Below, piece after piece: positions 9,257 through 18,278 of a stretch of 31,111 nt of DNA. How positions within the stretch are numbered: position 1 is the first letter of the stretch; each line of letters opens with the position of its first letter. Made by a program: the position numbers and the translations under genes. Source of the stretch: a virus (lineage: Duplodnaviria > Caudoviricetes). Location: positions 1 to 31,111 of the IMG/VR virus record IMGVR_UViG_3300049629_001336; one strand, 5' to 3'. The notes below the pieces were generated by a model. That model was given only the letters and a program-made list of their open reading frames with translations. It was not told where the DNA came from and made no database searches.

Positions 9257-10117
9257 ATGGCGACAAATTCATTAGACGCAGTACTTGCACAGTACGAAAA
9301 ATCACAAAGTAGTTCAAACACTACAAACAAAATGTCTTCAGAAGACCGAATGAAAAAATACTTTGCGGCTCTCTTGAAAGATAATGAAAAACAAGGACAG
9401 AGAAAAATTCGAATCCTACCTACAACCGACGGGTCCTCACCATTCAAAGAAGTATGGTTTCATGAAGTTCAAGTAGACGGTAAATGGCAAAAGTTTTATG
9501 ACCCTTCCAAAAACGACAATGAGCGTTCACCTTTAAACGAGGTTTACGAAGAACTTATGTCAACAGGAAAAGAATCTGATAAACAATTAGCCACACAATA
9601 CAGATCTCGTAAATTTTATATCGTTAAAGTTATCGATCGTGATAACGAACAAGATGGTGTTAAATTTTGGAGATTTAAACACAACTATAAACAAGAAGGA
9701 ATCCTTGATAAAATCATTCCAATTTGGAAAGCTAAAGGAGACATCACTGACCCTGACAATGGTCGTGACTTGATTCTCGAGTTAACTAAAGCAAAAACAC
9801 CTAAGGGTGCAACTTACACAGTTATCCAAACTGTTATGTATGATGATCCATCACCAATTTCAGATGACTCAAATGAAATGGCTGAGTGGGTTGGTGATGA
9901 GATGACTTGGGAAGATGTATACTCCAAAAAACCTGTCGAATACCTTGAAGCAATTGCAAGAGGAGAAACTCCAAAATGGGATTCTGAAAAAGGTGGTTAT
10001 GTATATTCAAACGATGAAACCGCTGAAGTTTCTATGGGAGGATCAAAGTCAGTGTCGATTACTGAGGTTGAAGATCCACAAGCAAATGACGAAGTAGACG
10101 AAGAACTACCATTCTAA
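9257..10117 (+). CDS. Single-stranded DNA-binding protein, T4 gp32-like
   Basis: 286 aa with gp32-family motifs KIRILP...PFKEVWFH, R.FYIVKVIDRD..DGVKFW.F and DITDPDNGRDLIL, and an acidic tail ending DEVDEELPF. It sits upstream of the recombinase. Confidence 0.8.
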   Translation: MATNSLDAVLAQYEKSQSSSNTTNKMSSEDRMKKYFAALLKDNEKQGQRKIRILPTTDGSSPFKEVWFHEVQVDGKWQKFYDPSKNDNERSPLNEVYEELMSTGKESDKQLATQYRSRKFYIVKVIDRDNEQDGVKFWRFKHNYKQEGILDKIIPIWKAKGDITDPDNGRDLILELTKAKTPKGATYTVIQTVMYDDPSPISDDSNEMAEWVGDEMTWEDVYSKKPVEYLEAIARGETPKWDSEKGGYVYSNDETAEVSMGGSKSVSITEVEDPQANDEVDEELPF

Positions 10118-10135
10118 ATTAATTCCAAAAAGTAT

Positions 10136-10166
10136 AACGGGAGCAGTTTATTGTTCCCGTTTTTTT
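10136..10166 (+). terminator. Intrinsic terminator after the SSB gene
   Basis: Stem AACGGGAGCAG / TTGTTCCCGTT (two G-U pairs) with loop TTTA, followed by a T run. Confidence 0.8.
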
Positions 10167-10195
10167 GTTTATATTTTTAAAAAAAACAAAAAAAT

Positions 10196-10417
10196 ATGAA
10201 ATCAATGATCGCGGAAAAATTGAAGGATGCTTTAATAAAAAAATATGAGGCAGAAATTGCCGACGCCGAAGCAAGGCTCTATGTTTATTTTACAAATCCT
10301 GTTGGTATTGGAGAACATCCTCAACATACAGAAGAAATGGATCATTTAGTTGGACAACTAACTGACGCTAAAGACAAATTAGAAACAATTACAAATTTTA
10401 AAATCTACGAACTATAA
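10196..10417 (+). CDS. Small helical-hairpin phage protein (PVGIGEHP motif)
   Basis: 73 aa with two predicted helices joined by NPVGIGEHPQH. The stop overlaps the recA start (TAATG). Confidence 0.8.
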   Translation: MKSMIAEKLKDALIKKYEAEIADAEARLYVYFTNPVGIGEHPQHTEEMDHLVGQLTDAKDKLETITNFKIYEL

Positions 10418-11424
10418 TGGCACTGAAAAAAAATGATTTTAGCTCCGTGAAGAAAAAGTTTTCTACATCGGCAAAATATAAACCACAAAGATTTTTTGAT
10501 CTTGGTGCAGAGTTCCTTGATGCGGTTGGTTTACCTGGTCCTGCAATCGGACATCTTAATATGTTATTAGGACATTCAGATACAGGTAAAACAACAGCAC
10601 TTGTTAAAACTGCTGTTGATGCTCAAAAGAAAGGGATTCTTCCCGTGTTCATTATTACAGAACAAAAATGGTCTTTTGAACATGCAAAAATTATGGGTTT
10701 TGAATGTGAGGAAGTAGTTGACACAGAAACAGGAGAAGTTGATTGGGATGGATTCTATATCTTTAATAATGACTTCGACTACATCGAACAAATTACAGAT
10801 TACATCAATGACTTACTTGATGCTCAAGAAAAAGGAGAGTTAGATTATTCTTTATGTTTCTTGTGGGATTCAGTTGGTTCAGTTCCTTGTAAAATGACTT
10901 ATGAGGGTAAAGGAGGTAAACAACACAATGCAAGTGTTTTGGCCGACAAAATTGGTATGGGTATCAACCAAAGAATTTCAGGATCTCGTAAGGCAGATTC
11001 TAAATTCGAAAATACCTTAATCATTGTTAATCAACCTTGGGTAGAATTACCTGACAATCCATTTGGTCAACCTAAGATCAAGGCAAAAGGTGGTGAGGCG
11101 ATTTGGTTAAACTCTTCTTTGGTATTCTTATTTGGTAATCAAAAAGGTGCGGGTACAACAAAGATCACGGCAACAAAAGATAAGAGAACTGTTAAGTTCG
11201 CTTCAAGAACAAAAGTGTCGGTTATGAAAAACCACATCAATGGTCTTGGTTTTGAAGACGGAAGAATTATTGTTACTCCACACGGATTCTTGCCAGGTAA
11301 AGATACGACAGAAGAAAAGGCATCAATAGAGAAGTATAAGAAAGAGTATGCTGACTATTGGAAAGACATAATTGGAGTTGATGGTGACTTTGATTTGAAA
11401 ACAGAAAAAGAAGAGGTAGAGTAA
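10417..11424 (+). CDS. recA: RecA/UvsX-like recombinase
   Basis: 335 aa with Walker A GHSDTGKTT, catalytic Glu in IITEQK, Walker B FLWDSVGS, and RecA-type IIVNQ and KGGEAI motifs. Confidence 0.88.
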   Translation: MALKKNDFSSVKKKFSTSAKYKPQRFFDLGAEFLDAVGLPGPAIGHLNMLLGHSDTGKTTALVKTAVDAQKKGILPVFIITEQKWSFEHAKIMGFECEEVVDTETGEVDWDGFYIFNNDFDYIEQITDYINDLLDAQEKGELDYSLCFLWDSVGSVPCKMTYEGKGGKQHNASVLADKIGMGINQRISGSRKADSKFENTLIIVNQPWVELPDNPFGQPKIKAKGGEAIWLNSSLVFLFGNQKGAGTTKITATKDKRTVKFASRTKVSVMKNHINGLGFEDGRIIVTPHGFLPGKDTTEEKASIEKYKKEYADYWKDIIGVDGDFDLKTEKEEVE

Positions 11425-11446
11425 GAATCATTTAAGATTTTAGGAA

Positions 11447-12457
11447 GTGTCCAAAACATTATTAGTCGACGGAAATAATTTATTGAAAATTGGGTTTCAC
11501 GGTGTTAGAGAATTCTATCACAATGGAAAACATGTTGGAGGAATTTGGCACTTTCTGAATACTCTTCGTAAATTTTTAGATGAACACAACTATAACAAAG
11601 TTGTTGTGTTTTGGGATTCTAAAACCTCATCTTCACAAAGAAGATTGATATATCCAAAGTATAAGTTAAATCGTAAATCATCAGAAACCGAATCAAAAGA
11701 GGAATCTTTTGCAGAACAAAAACAAAGGGTTAAACAATACCTCGAGGAGATGTTTGTAAGACAACTGGAAACGGAACACGCTGAAGCTGATGACTTAATT
11801 GCCCATTACTGTAAAGTGTCGTTAGATGAAGAGAAAACGATCTTTTCAAGCGATAGAGATTTAACTCAACTTATATCTGAAAAAGTATCAATTTATTCAC
11901 CATCCACAAAACAATATTATAAGTTAGGAGATACAATAAAGTTACATGATGTTGAAATACCTCACTATAATGTTAAAGTAGTTAAAATCCTAACAGGGGA
12001 TAGTTCAGATAATATTGATGGAATATTCTATTTAGGTGAAAAGACATTAGTTAAATTATTTCCTGAACTACTTGAAGAGTTAGTACAAATACCTTATATT
12101 TTGGATAAAGGTACTAATCTACTTAAAGAAGAAAAAGGAAATGTTGCCCTTCAGAATCTGTTGAGTGGTAAAACAAAAGAAGGTATTTTTGGTGATGAAT
12201 TTTATGTTATCAATCAAAAGTTAGTCGACTTAGATGAACCACTTTTAACGGACGAAGAAAAAGAATTAGTTAGACTATATTACACTGAGTCGATGGATCC
12301 AGACGGTAGAGGACATAGAAATCTAATTAGAATGATGATGGAAGATGGTTTTTTTAAATACCTACCTAAAGGTGACGACGGTTGGGTAAGTTTTTTGAAA
12401 CCATTTCTCAAGTTAACAAGAAAAGAAAAAACAAAATTTAGAAACAAAAAAAACTAA
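11447..12457 (+). CDS. 5'-3' exonuclease / flap endonuclease (Pol I N-terminal domain, T4 RNase H-like)
   Basis: 336 aa, GTG start. Motifs LLVDGNNL, VFWDS, YPKYKLNRK, EADDLIA, SSDRDLTQL and the helix-3-turn-helix LTGDSSDNIDGI..LGEKT. Confidence 0.92.
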   Translation: MSKTLLVDGNNLLKIGFHGVREFYHNGKHVGGIWHFLNTLRKFLDEHNYNKVVVFWDSKTSSSQRRLIYPKYKLNRKSSETESKEESFAEQKQRVKQYLEEMFVRQLETEHAEADDLIAHYCKVSLDEEKTIFSSDRDLTQLISEKVSIYSPSTKQYYKLGDTIKLHDVEIPHYNVKVVKILTGDSSDNIDGIFYLGEKTLVKLFPELLEELVQIPYILDKGTNLLKEEKGNVALQNLLSGKTKEGIFGDEFYVINQKLVDLDEPLLTDEEKELVRLYYTESMDPDGRGHRNLIRMMMEDGFFKYLPKGDDGWVSFLKPFLKLTRKEKTKFRNKKN

Positions 12458-12466
12458 AAAAACAAA

Positions 12467-12916
12467 ATGAAAGAACAGGATATTACAAAAGTAGAATTTT
12501 TGTTAATGTGCAATGACAACATCGTAGTTCAACGATTTTTCAATGTTAGAGGTTTCAACAAAAACGCTCACAAATCAGAAGAATTTTTTTATCATATTGA
12601 TAGTCTTTGTCGTGAACTCAAGTACGATTTAAAGATGAGATCAGTGGTTTATATGTTGGATAATCAATACGATATTTTAGAGAACCCTGAGTTACTAAAT
12701 ACATCAATTACTGATGGACCTGAAAATTTTAACCTAATTATTAAGGTTGGAGATATGACAATTTGTCATAGGCAGTTTGACGCTAAACCATACCCCCCAA
12801 AGGTCAGATACACTGTAGACCTACGCCCAAAGTTAAAAGCAATCATGGCGGAGTTGACTGACATTTTTTCAGGTCAAAAATTTAATTATTTTTACCCCGA
12901 ATTTATCAAAAACTAG
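12467..12916 (+). CDS. Hypothetical protein (149 aa) between the exonuclease and the helicase
   Basis: Fills the operon gap, has an A-rich leader, and shows no recognised motif. Confidence 0.8.
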   Translation: MKEQDITKVEFLLMCNDNIVVQRFFNVRGFNKNAHKSEEFFYHIDSLCRELKYDLKMRSVVYMLDNQYDILENPELLNTSITDGPENFNLIIKVGDMTICHRQFDAKPYPPKVRYTVDLRPKLKAIMAELTDIFSGQKFNYFYPEFIKN

Positions 12917-12919
12917 TAC

Positions 12920-12926
12920 TATTTAT
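12920..12926 (+). promoter_or_regulatory. TATTTAT motif (candidate phage promoter)
   Basis: Lies in the 34-nt gap before the helicase ATG at 12951. Confidence 0.45.
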
Positions 12927-12950
12927 CTTTACTAACAAGAGAAAAAAAAT

Positions 12951-14333
12951 ATGGCGACTAGTAAAAATTTTGAATATTTAGGGAACACATTTCAATTACA
13001 ATTATTAAATCAAATCATTGTAGACAAAGATTTTTCACATTCTATTCTTGATGTAATCGAAAATAATTATTTTGAAAACAAGTACTTCAAAATAATTATG
13101 CAAATGGTAAAAGAGTATTATTTAAAGTACGATCACACACCATCTTTCGAAACACTGGAACAGGTTACAAAATCTGAATTACAACAAGCAACCGCATCAA
13201 AAATTGTTTTAGATACAATTAAAAAAATTAAGGATGCACCTATTGACGGAGTACTTTTTGTACAGGAAAAGGCCCTCAAATTTTGTAAACAACAAGAACT
13301 ACAAAAGGTGATGGGAAAGGCACAAAAGATTATCGATGGTGGTGAGTTTGAAAATTACGATACCCTTGAAGAAATGGTTAAAACAGCACTTCAAGTTGGA
13401 GCTAAAGATACCTCAATGTTGGATGTATTTTCAAACCTTGATCAAGTTCTCGAGGATGATTACCGACATCCGATTCCTATGGGAATACCTGGTATCGATA
13501 GATTATTGAAAGGAGGTTTGGCAAAAGGAGAAATTGGAGTTATCTTAGCACCTACAGGTGTTGGAAAATCAACAGTTTTGACAAAGATTTCAAACCACGC
13601 ATTTAATTTAGGGTTTAATGTACTTCAGATATTTTTTGAAGATAACCCAAAGGTTATACAAAGAAAACACTTCACATTATGGACTAAGATTCATCCTGAC
13701 GATTTGTCAGAGAAAAAAGAAGAAGTTATGAAGAGAGTTATTGAAATTGAGGAGTCGATGCCTAACAAGTTGATTTTGAAAAAACTACCTTCAGATACAA
13801 TGACTATGTTACAAATTAAGAACCAAATTAGAAAAATGGTTTCAGATGGGATTAAAGTTGATATGATCGTTTTAGATTACATTGATTGTATTGTTCCTGA
13901 TAAAAATTTGGGGGATGAATGGAAAAGTGAAGGATCTGTGATGAGGGCTTTTGAGGCTATGTGTCATGAGATGAATATTGTAGGTTGGACCGCAACACAA
14001 GGTAACAGATCATCTATATCTTCAGAGGTAGTGACAACAGATCAAATGGGTGGATCAATTAAAAAGGCTCAGGTGGGACATGTTATTATATCGGTAGCAA
14101 AAACATTACAACAAAAAGAGTTAAAATTAGCCACAATTGCAATTACAAAGTCTCGTATTGGAGATGATGGTGTTGTGTTCGAAAACTGTAAGTTTGACAA
14201 TGCAATGATTGAAATAGATACTGAAAGCTCAATGACTTTCTTAGGTCTTGAGGAACAAAAAGAAGAAAGACAAAGACAAAGAGTTCGTGAACTTCTCGAG
14301 AAGAGAAAACAAAAGGAAACTCAAACAAATTAA
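12951..14333 (+). CDS. dnaB: Replicative SF4 DNA helicase (DnaB / T4 gp41-like)
   Basis: 460 aa with IPMGIPGIDRLLKGGL, Walker A LAPTGVGKST, QIFFED, Walker B IVLDYID, WTATQGNR and ITKSRIG. Confidence 0.92.
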   Translation: MATSKNFEYLGNTFQLQLLNQIIVDKDFSHSILDVIENNYFENKYFKIIMQMVKEYYLKYDHTPSFETLEQVTKSELQQATASKIVLDTIKKIKDAPIDGVLFVQEKALKFCKQQELQKVMGKAQKIIDGGEFENYDTLEEMVKTALQVGAKDTSMLDVFSNLDQVLEDDYRHPIPMGIPGIDRLLKGGLAKGEIGVILAPTGVGKSTVLTKISNHAFNLGFNVLQIFFEDNPKVIQRKHFTLWTKIHPDDLSEKKEEVMKRVIEIEESMPNKLILKKLPSDTMTMLQIKNQIRKMVSDGIKVDMIVLDYIDCIVPDKNLGDEWKSEGSVMRAFEAMCHEMNIVGWTATQGNRSSISSEVVTTDQMGGSIKKAQVGHVIISVAKTLQQKELKLATIAITKSRIGDDGVVFENCKFDNAMIEIDTESSMTFLGLEEQKEERQRQRVRELLEKRKQKETQTN

Positions 14334-14355
14334 TAATAATTAAATTTTAAAGAAA

Positions 14356-15303
14356 ATGGAAAAAATACTAGTTGAAAATCCTGGTCGGTTCGTCATCTTC
14401 CCTATTGAGCACAATGATATATGGGAATTTTACAAACAACACCAAGCGGCGTTTTGGACTGCAGAAGAGGTGGATTTAACTAACGACATCAGGGATTGGG
14501 AAAAACTTACAGAAAATGAACAATACTTTGTTAAGAATGTATTGTCGTTCTTTGCGGCTTCTGATGGAATTGTTAATGAAAACTTGGCGGAAAATTTTTA
14601 CCGAGAAGTTCAATATCCTGAAGCAAAGTTCTTCTATGGATTTCAGTTAGCAATGGAGAATATTCACTCCTTAATGTATTCTCTTCTTATAGATACTTAC
14701 ATCAGTAACCCTAAGGAGAAAGACGAATGTTTTAATGCAATTGACAGATTACCTGCAGTACAGAAGAAAGCTAAGTGGGCTTTGGATTGGATTGAGAAAG
14801 CGTCTTTTGCTGAAAGATTAGTGGCTTTTGCGGCTGTAGAAGGTATTTTCTTTTCAGGATCCTTTTGTTCAATTTTTTGGTTAAAGTCACGAGGAATTAT
14901 GCAAGGTTTATGTAACGCAAATTCACTAATTTTTAAAGATGAAAACTTACATTGTGATTTTGCAATTCACTTACTAAATAATCACTTAGAAAACAAACCA
15001 TCTGAAAAAAGAATTAAACAAATTCTATTATCGGCTTTAGAAATCGAAAAAGAATTTATCACCGAATCTCTACCGGTTTCACTTATTGGAATGAACTCTA
15101 ATTTAATGAAACAATATTTGGAGTTTGTTGTCGATGGATTGTTGGTAAAAATGGGATGTAGTAAAGAATTCAATGTAGACCAACCATTTAAGTTTATGGA
15201 ACAAATTGCAGTTGAAACGAAAGGGAATTTCTTTGAATCAAGAACCATGGAATATCAAAAAGCAAAATTAAACGAAACCATAACATTTACAGAAGATTTT
15301 TAA
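14356..15303 (+). CDS. nrdB: Ribonucleotide reductase class Ia beta (R2) subunit
   Basis: 315 aa with [30 protein letters not shown] (radical Tyr), [15 protein letters not shown] and the NFFE...EYQ tail. Confidence 0.97.
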   Translation: MEKILVENPGRFVIFPIEHNDIWEFYKQHQAAFWTAEEVDLTNDIRDWEKLTENEQYFVKNVLSFFAASDGIVNENLAENFYREVQYPEAKFFYGFQLAMENIHSLMYSLLIDTYISNPKEKDECFNAIDRLPAVQKKAKWALDWIEKASFAERLVAFAAVEGIFFSGSFCSIFWLKSRGIMQGLCNANSLIFKDENLHCDFAIHLLNNHLENKPSEKRIKQILLSALEIEKEFITESLPVSLIGMNSNLMKQYLEFVVDGLLVKMGCSKEFNVDQPFKFMEQIAVETKGNFFESRTMEYQKAKLNETITFTEDF

Positions 15304-15313
15304 ATTATATATT

Positions 15314-17743
15314 ATGTCACTAAAAATTATTAAAAGAGGTGGTGAGACTGCACCCTTCAACCCACAAAAAATATACAACCGAGTTAAAAGATCGGCAAAA
15401 GGTTTAAATGTAAACTCGGATGAGATTTTTATTAAAGTTATTACTTCAGTACCAACAGAAGGTGAAGTAACCACAAAAGAACTAGATAAATTAGTTTATG
15501 AAATAGCGGCTTCTTATACGGGTAGTCATCACGACTATTCAAGATTAGCATCTTCAGTTGCTATATCATCATATCATAAAGAAACCAAAGATAGTTTTTC
15601 AGAGACTATGATGGAACTTTATAAAGATGGTATCATTAATGAAAAATTAATAGAAGTGATAAAAGAGTATGGTGAAGATACAATTGATGTTGCAATCAAT
15701 CATGATAATGATTACAACTTTGATTATTTTGCTTGGAGATCATTACAAGAAATGTACCTGTTAAAAAAACCAAACGGCAAAGTAATTGAAAGACCACAAC
15801 ATATGTATATGAGAGTTGCTTTGTGGGTTACAACAAATATTACAGACGCACTTGAATATTACCAATCCCTTTCAAATCAATTGATTTCTAAGGCAACACC
15901 AATCATGATCAACGCTGGTACAAAAGTTCCACAGTTGGCTTCTTGTGTACTTCATTATAACAACTCAGATTCAAGAAAAGGACTATTGGATACTTTAAAT
16001 GATATCTCAACATTTTCATCTGATGCTGCAGGTATTGGATTATCATTGTCTAATATTCGTAGTAAAGAAAGTAGAATTACAACTTCAGGTGGATATGCTG
16101 GCGGATTGTTAAAATATTTAAAAATTGTAAATGAGTCTTTAAGATTTTTTAACCAACAAGGTAGAAGACCTGGTAGTGCTGCGATTTATCTTGAGCCTTG
16201 GCATAAAGACATTTTTGATTTGTTAGACATAAAAAAGAATACAGGTGCAGAAGAACTTAGAGCTCGTGATTTGTTTACCGCTCTTTGGATACCCGATAAC
16301 TTTATGCGGGCAGTTAAAAATAATGCAGATTGGTATTTATTTTGTCCTAATGATATTGTAAAGGCCGGATTGAAACCACTACAAGAATGTTATGGTGATG
16401 AGTACGAGATGGTATATAACCAAGCGGTATCAATCGGTTTAGGTAAAAAAGTCAAAGCACAAGATATTTGGACTAAAATAGTAGAGTCTCAAGTTGAAAC
16501 TGGAGTTCCTTATTTATGTTCTAAAGATAACGCAAACAAAAAATCAAATCATCAAAATATTGGGGTGATAAAACAATCTAATTTGTGTAACGAAATATAT
16601 CAATATACAGATGAATCCACAACCGCAATTTGTACCTTATCTTCGATGGTTTTGAAAAACTTTATTAAATCAGGTAAGTTTGATTTTGAACTTTTATTTA
16701 GTGAAGTTAGAAAAGTTGTTCGTTCGCTAAATAAAGTTATCGATATTAACAACTACTCAACTAGTAAAGGAAAAAAAGGTGGTTTTGAACAAAGAGCAAT
16801 TGCGATCGGTACTCAAGGTTTGGCAGATGTATTCTATTTAATGGACTATATTTTTACATCAGACGAAGCTCGTAAATTAAACAAAGATATTTTTGAAACT
16901 ATTTACTACGCCGCAATATATGAAAGTAATCAACTTTGTATTAAAGGTGGTCGAGTACCTTATACCTATTTTAAAGGGTCACCTATGTCAGAAGGAGCAT
17001 TCCAATTTGATATGTGGGGATTAGATGAATCACAACTTTCAGGAATGTGGGATTGGGCAAAACTAAAGAAAAGCGTTATTGAGTATGGTGTTTGTAACTC
17101 ATTGTTCACAGCACAAATGCCTGTTGCGTCTTCTGCTAAAATCACAGGTTCATACGAAATGACAGAACCAGCTCACTCCGCAATTTTTAATAGGAGAGTT
17201 GTTGGTGGTGAAATTATGATTGTAAATAAGTACTTAATTTATGACTTTGAAAAAATTGGAATTTGGTGTGAGGATTTAAAAAATGAAATCATTTTAAATG
17301 AAGGATCAATTCAAAATATTAACTTCAATAATTATTTAGACCCTGAAGATAAAAACTATAATAAAAAAGTTAAAAGAATTGAACACTTACTTCCTAAGTA
17401 CAAAACTATTTGGGAAATATCTCAAAGAGAGCTAATCGACATGGCCGCGGACAGAGCACCATTTGTTGATCAATCTCAATCAATGAACATTTATATGGGT
17501 AATCCAACATTATCAAAGATTACTTCATCACATTTTTATTCTTGGGAAAAAGGATTAAAAACTCTTTGTTACTATGTTAGAACAAAGGCAATTTCAACAG
17601 GAGCTAAACATTTGGCACTCGACATGTCAAAAAGAGAAAAACCTAAAACAACACCCGAACCTCCAAAAGTTGATTATTCTCACTTGAATTTACCACCAAG
17701 ACCAGAAGATTCTGATTTTGAATGTTTTGGGTGTTCTTCCTAA
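15314..17743 (+). CDS. nrdA: Ribonucleotide reductase class Ia alpha (R1) subunit with N-terminal ATP cone
   Basis: 809 aa with an ATP cone (IIKRGG...FNPQKI), ERPQHMYMRVA, ATP...AGT..QLASC, SNLCNEI, DQSQSMNI, YYVRT and a C-terminal CFGC redox pair. Confidence 0.97.
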   Translation: MSLKIIKRGGETAPFNPQKIYNRVKRSAKGLNVNSDEIFIKVITSVPTEGEVTTKELDKLVYEIAASYTGSHHDYSRLASSVAISSYHKETKDSFSETMMELYKDGIINEKLIEVIKEYGEDTIDVAINHDNDYNFDYFAWRSLQEMYLLKKPNGKVIERPQHMYMRVALWVTTNITDALEYYQSLSNQLISKATPIMINAGTKVPQLASCVLHYNNSDSRKGLLDTLNDISTFSSDAAGIGLSLSNIRSKESRITTSGGYAGGLLKYLKIVNESLRFFNQQGRRPGSAAIYLEPWHKDIFDLLDIKKNTGAEELRARDLFTALWIPDNFMRAVKNNADWYLFCPNDIVKAGLKPLQECYGDEYEMVYNQAVSIGLGKKVKAQDIWTKIVESQVETGVPYLCSKDNANKKSNHQNIGVIKQSNLCNEIYQYTDESTTAICTLSSMVLKNFIKSGKFDFELLFSEVRKVVRSLNKVIDINNYSTSKGKKGGFEQRAIAIGTQGLADVFYLMDYIFTSDEARKLNKDIFETIYYAAIYESNQLCIKGGRVPYTYFKGSPMSEGAFQFDMWGLDESQLSGMWDWAKLKKSVIEYGVCNSLFTAQMPVASSAKITGSYEMTEPAHSAIFNRRVVGGEIMIVNKYLIYDFEKIGIWCEDLKNEIILNEGSIQNINFNNYLDPEDKNYNKKVKRIEHLLPKYKTIWEISQRELIDMAADRAPFVDQSQSMNIYMGNPTLSKITSSHFYSWEKGLKTLCYYVRTKAISTGAKHLALDMSKREKPKTTPEPPKVDYSHLNLPPRPEDSDFECFGCSS

Positions 17744-17748
17744 AATTT

Positions 17749-17778
17749 AAATCACTGAGAAATCAGTGATTTTTTTTT
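17749..17778 (+). terminator. Intrinsic terminator after nrdA
   Basis: Perfect 10-bp stem AAATCACTGA / TCAGTGATTT with a GAAA tetraloop, followed by a T run. Confidence 0.88.
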
Positions 17779-17799
17779 ACTTAAAAAAACTGTAAGTTA

Positions 17800-17807
17800 T
17801 ATTTATA
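17800..17807 (+). promoter_or_regulatory. TATTTATA motif (candidate late promoter for the baseplate operon)
   Basis: Lies between the nrdA terminator and the gp25-like ATG at 17814, where transcription would have to restart. Confidence 0.55.
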
Positions 17808-17813
17808 TGTGAT

Positions 17814-18272
17814 ATGGCTAATGGTATAACTTATGGAATTGCTTTTCCTTTTGTAGATTCTTTCACAGGAAGATATCTCGATGTTACTAATAGTACCGAA
17901 GGGGAGATTAGGGCAAATCTTGTGCACTTATTATTAACAAGAAAAGGTAGTAGATATTTTTTACCTGATTTTGGTACAAGACTATATGAATATATATTTG
18001 AACCATTAGATGGACCAACATTTTCTGACATAGAAAATGAAATCAGAGATACTGTAAGAAACTATATGCCAAATTTACAAGTCACTAATATAACAGTCGA
18101 AGATGCCTCTATGGGATTAGAAGACAAAGGTTATACAATTAACAAGAATGGAGAAAGAGAATTCACAGTTACTAATATTGCAACATTAGAACATACCGCC
18201 AAAATAAAAATTGACTACAGAATTACAGACTCAGCTTTTGAATCTCAAGATTTTATAATACTTAATATTTAA
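17814..18272 (+). CDS. Baseplate wedge / sheath initiator, T4 gp25 (GPW_gp25) family
   Basis: 152 aa with GIAFPF...IRANLVHLLLTRKGSRYFLPDFGTRLYEYIFEP...IRDTVRNYMP, the classic gp25 signature. Confidence 0.92.
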   Translation: MANGITYGIAFPFVDSFTGRYLDVTNSTEGEIRANLVHLLLTRKGSRYFLPDFGTRLYEYIFEPLDGPTFSDIENEIRDTVRNYMPNLQVTNITVEDASMGLEDKGYTINKNGEREFTVTNIATLEHTAKIKIDYRITDSAFESQDFIILNI

Positions 18273-18278
18273 TGATAT

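Noticed and set aside
16334-16517. TATTTAT copies inside nrdA (16334, 16511), and another at 24506, as promoters
   Set aside because: They are intragenic, far from any start codon, and expected by chance in AT-rich DNA.
14356-17743. Eukaryotic or giant-virus (NCLDV) origin suggested by the eukaryote-like RNR
   Set aside because: gp25, gp6 and LysM baseplate genes, a gp32-like SSB, intrinsic terminators, a sigma70-type promoter and overlapping genes all indicate a bacteriophage.
10417-17743. Inteins, group I introns or homing endonucleases in recA, helicase, nrdB or nrdA
   Set aside because: All four have normal lengths and contiguous motifs, with no intein or endonuclease signatures.
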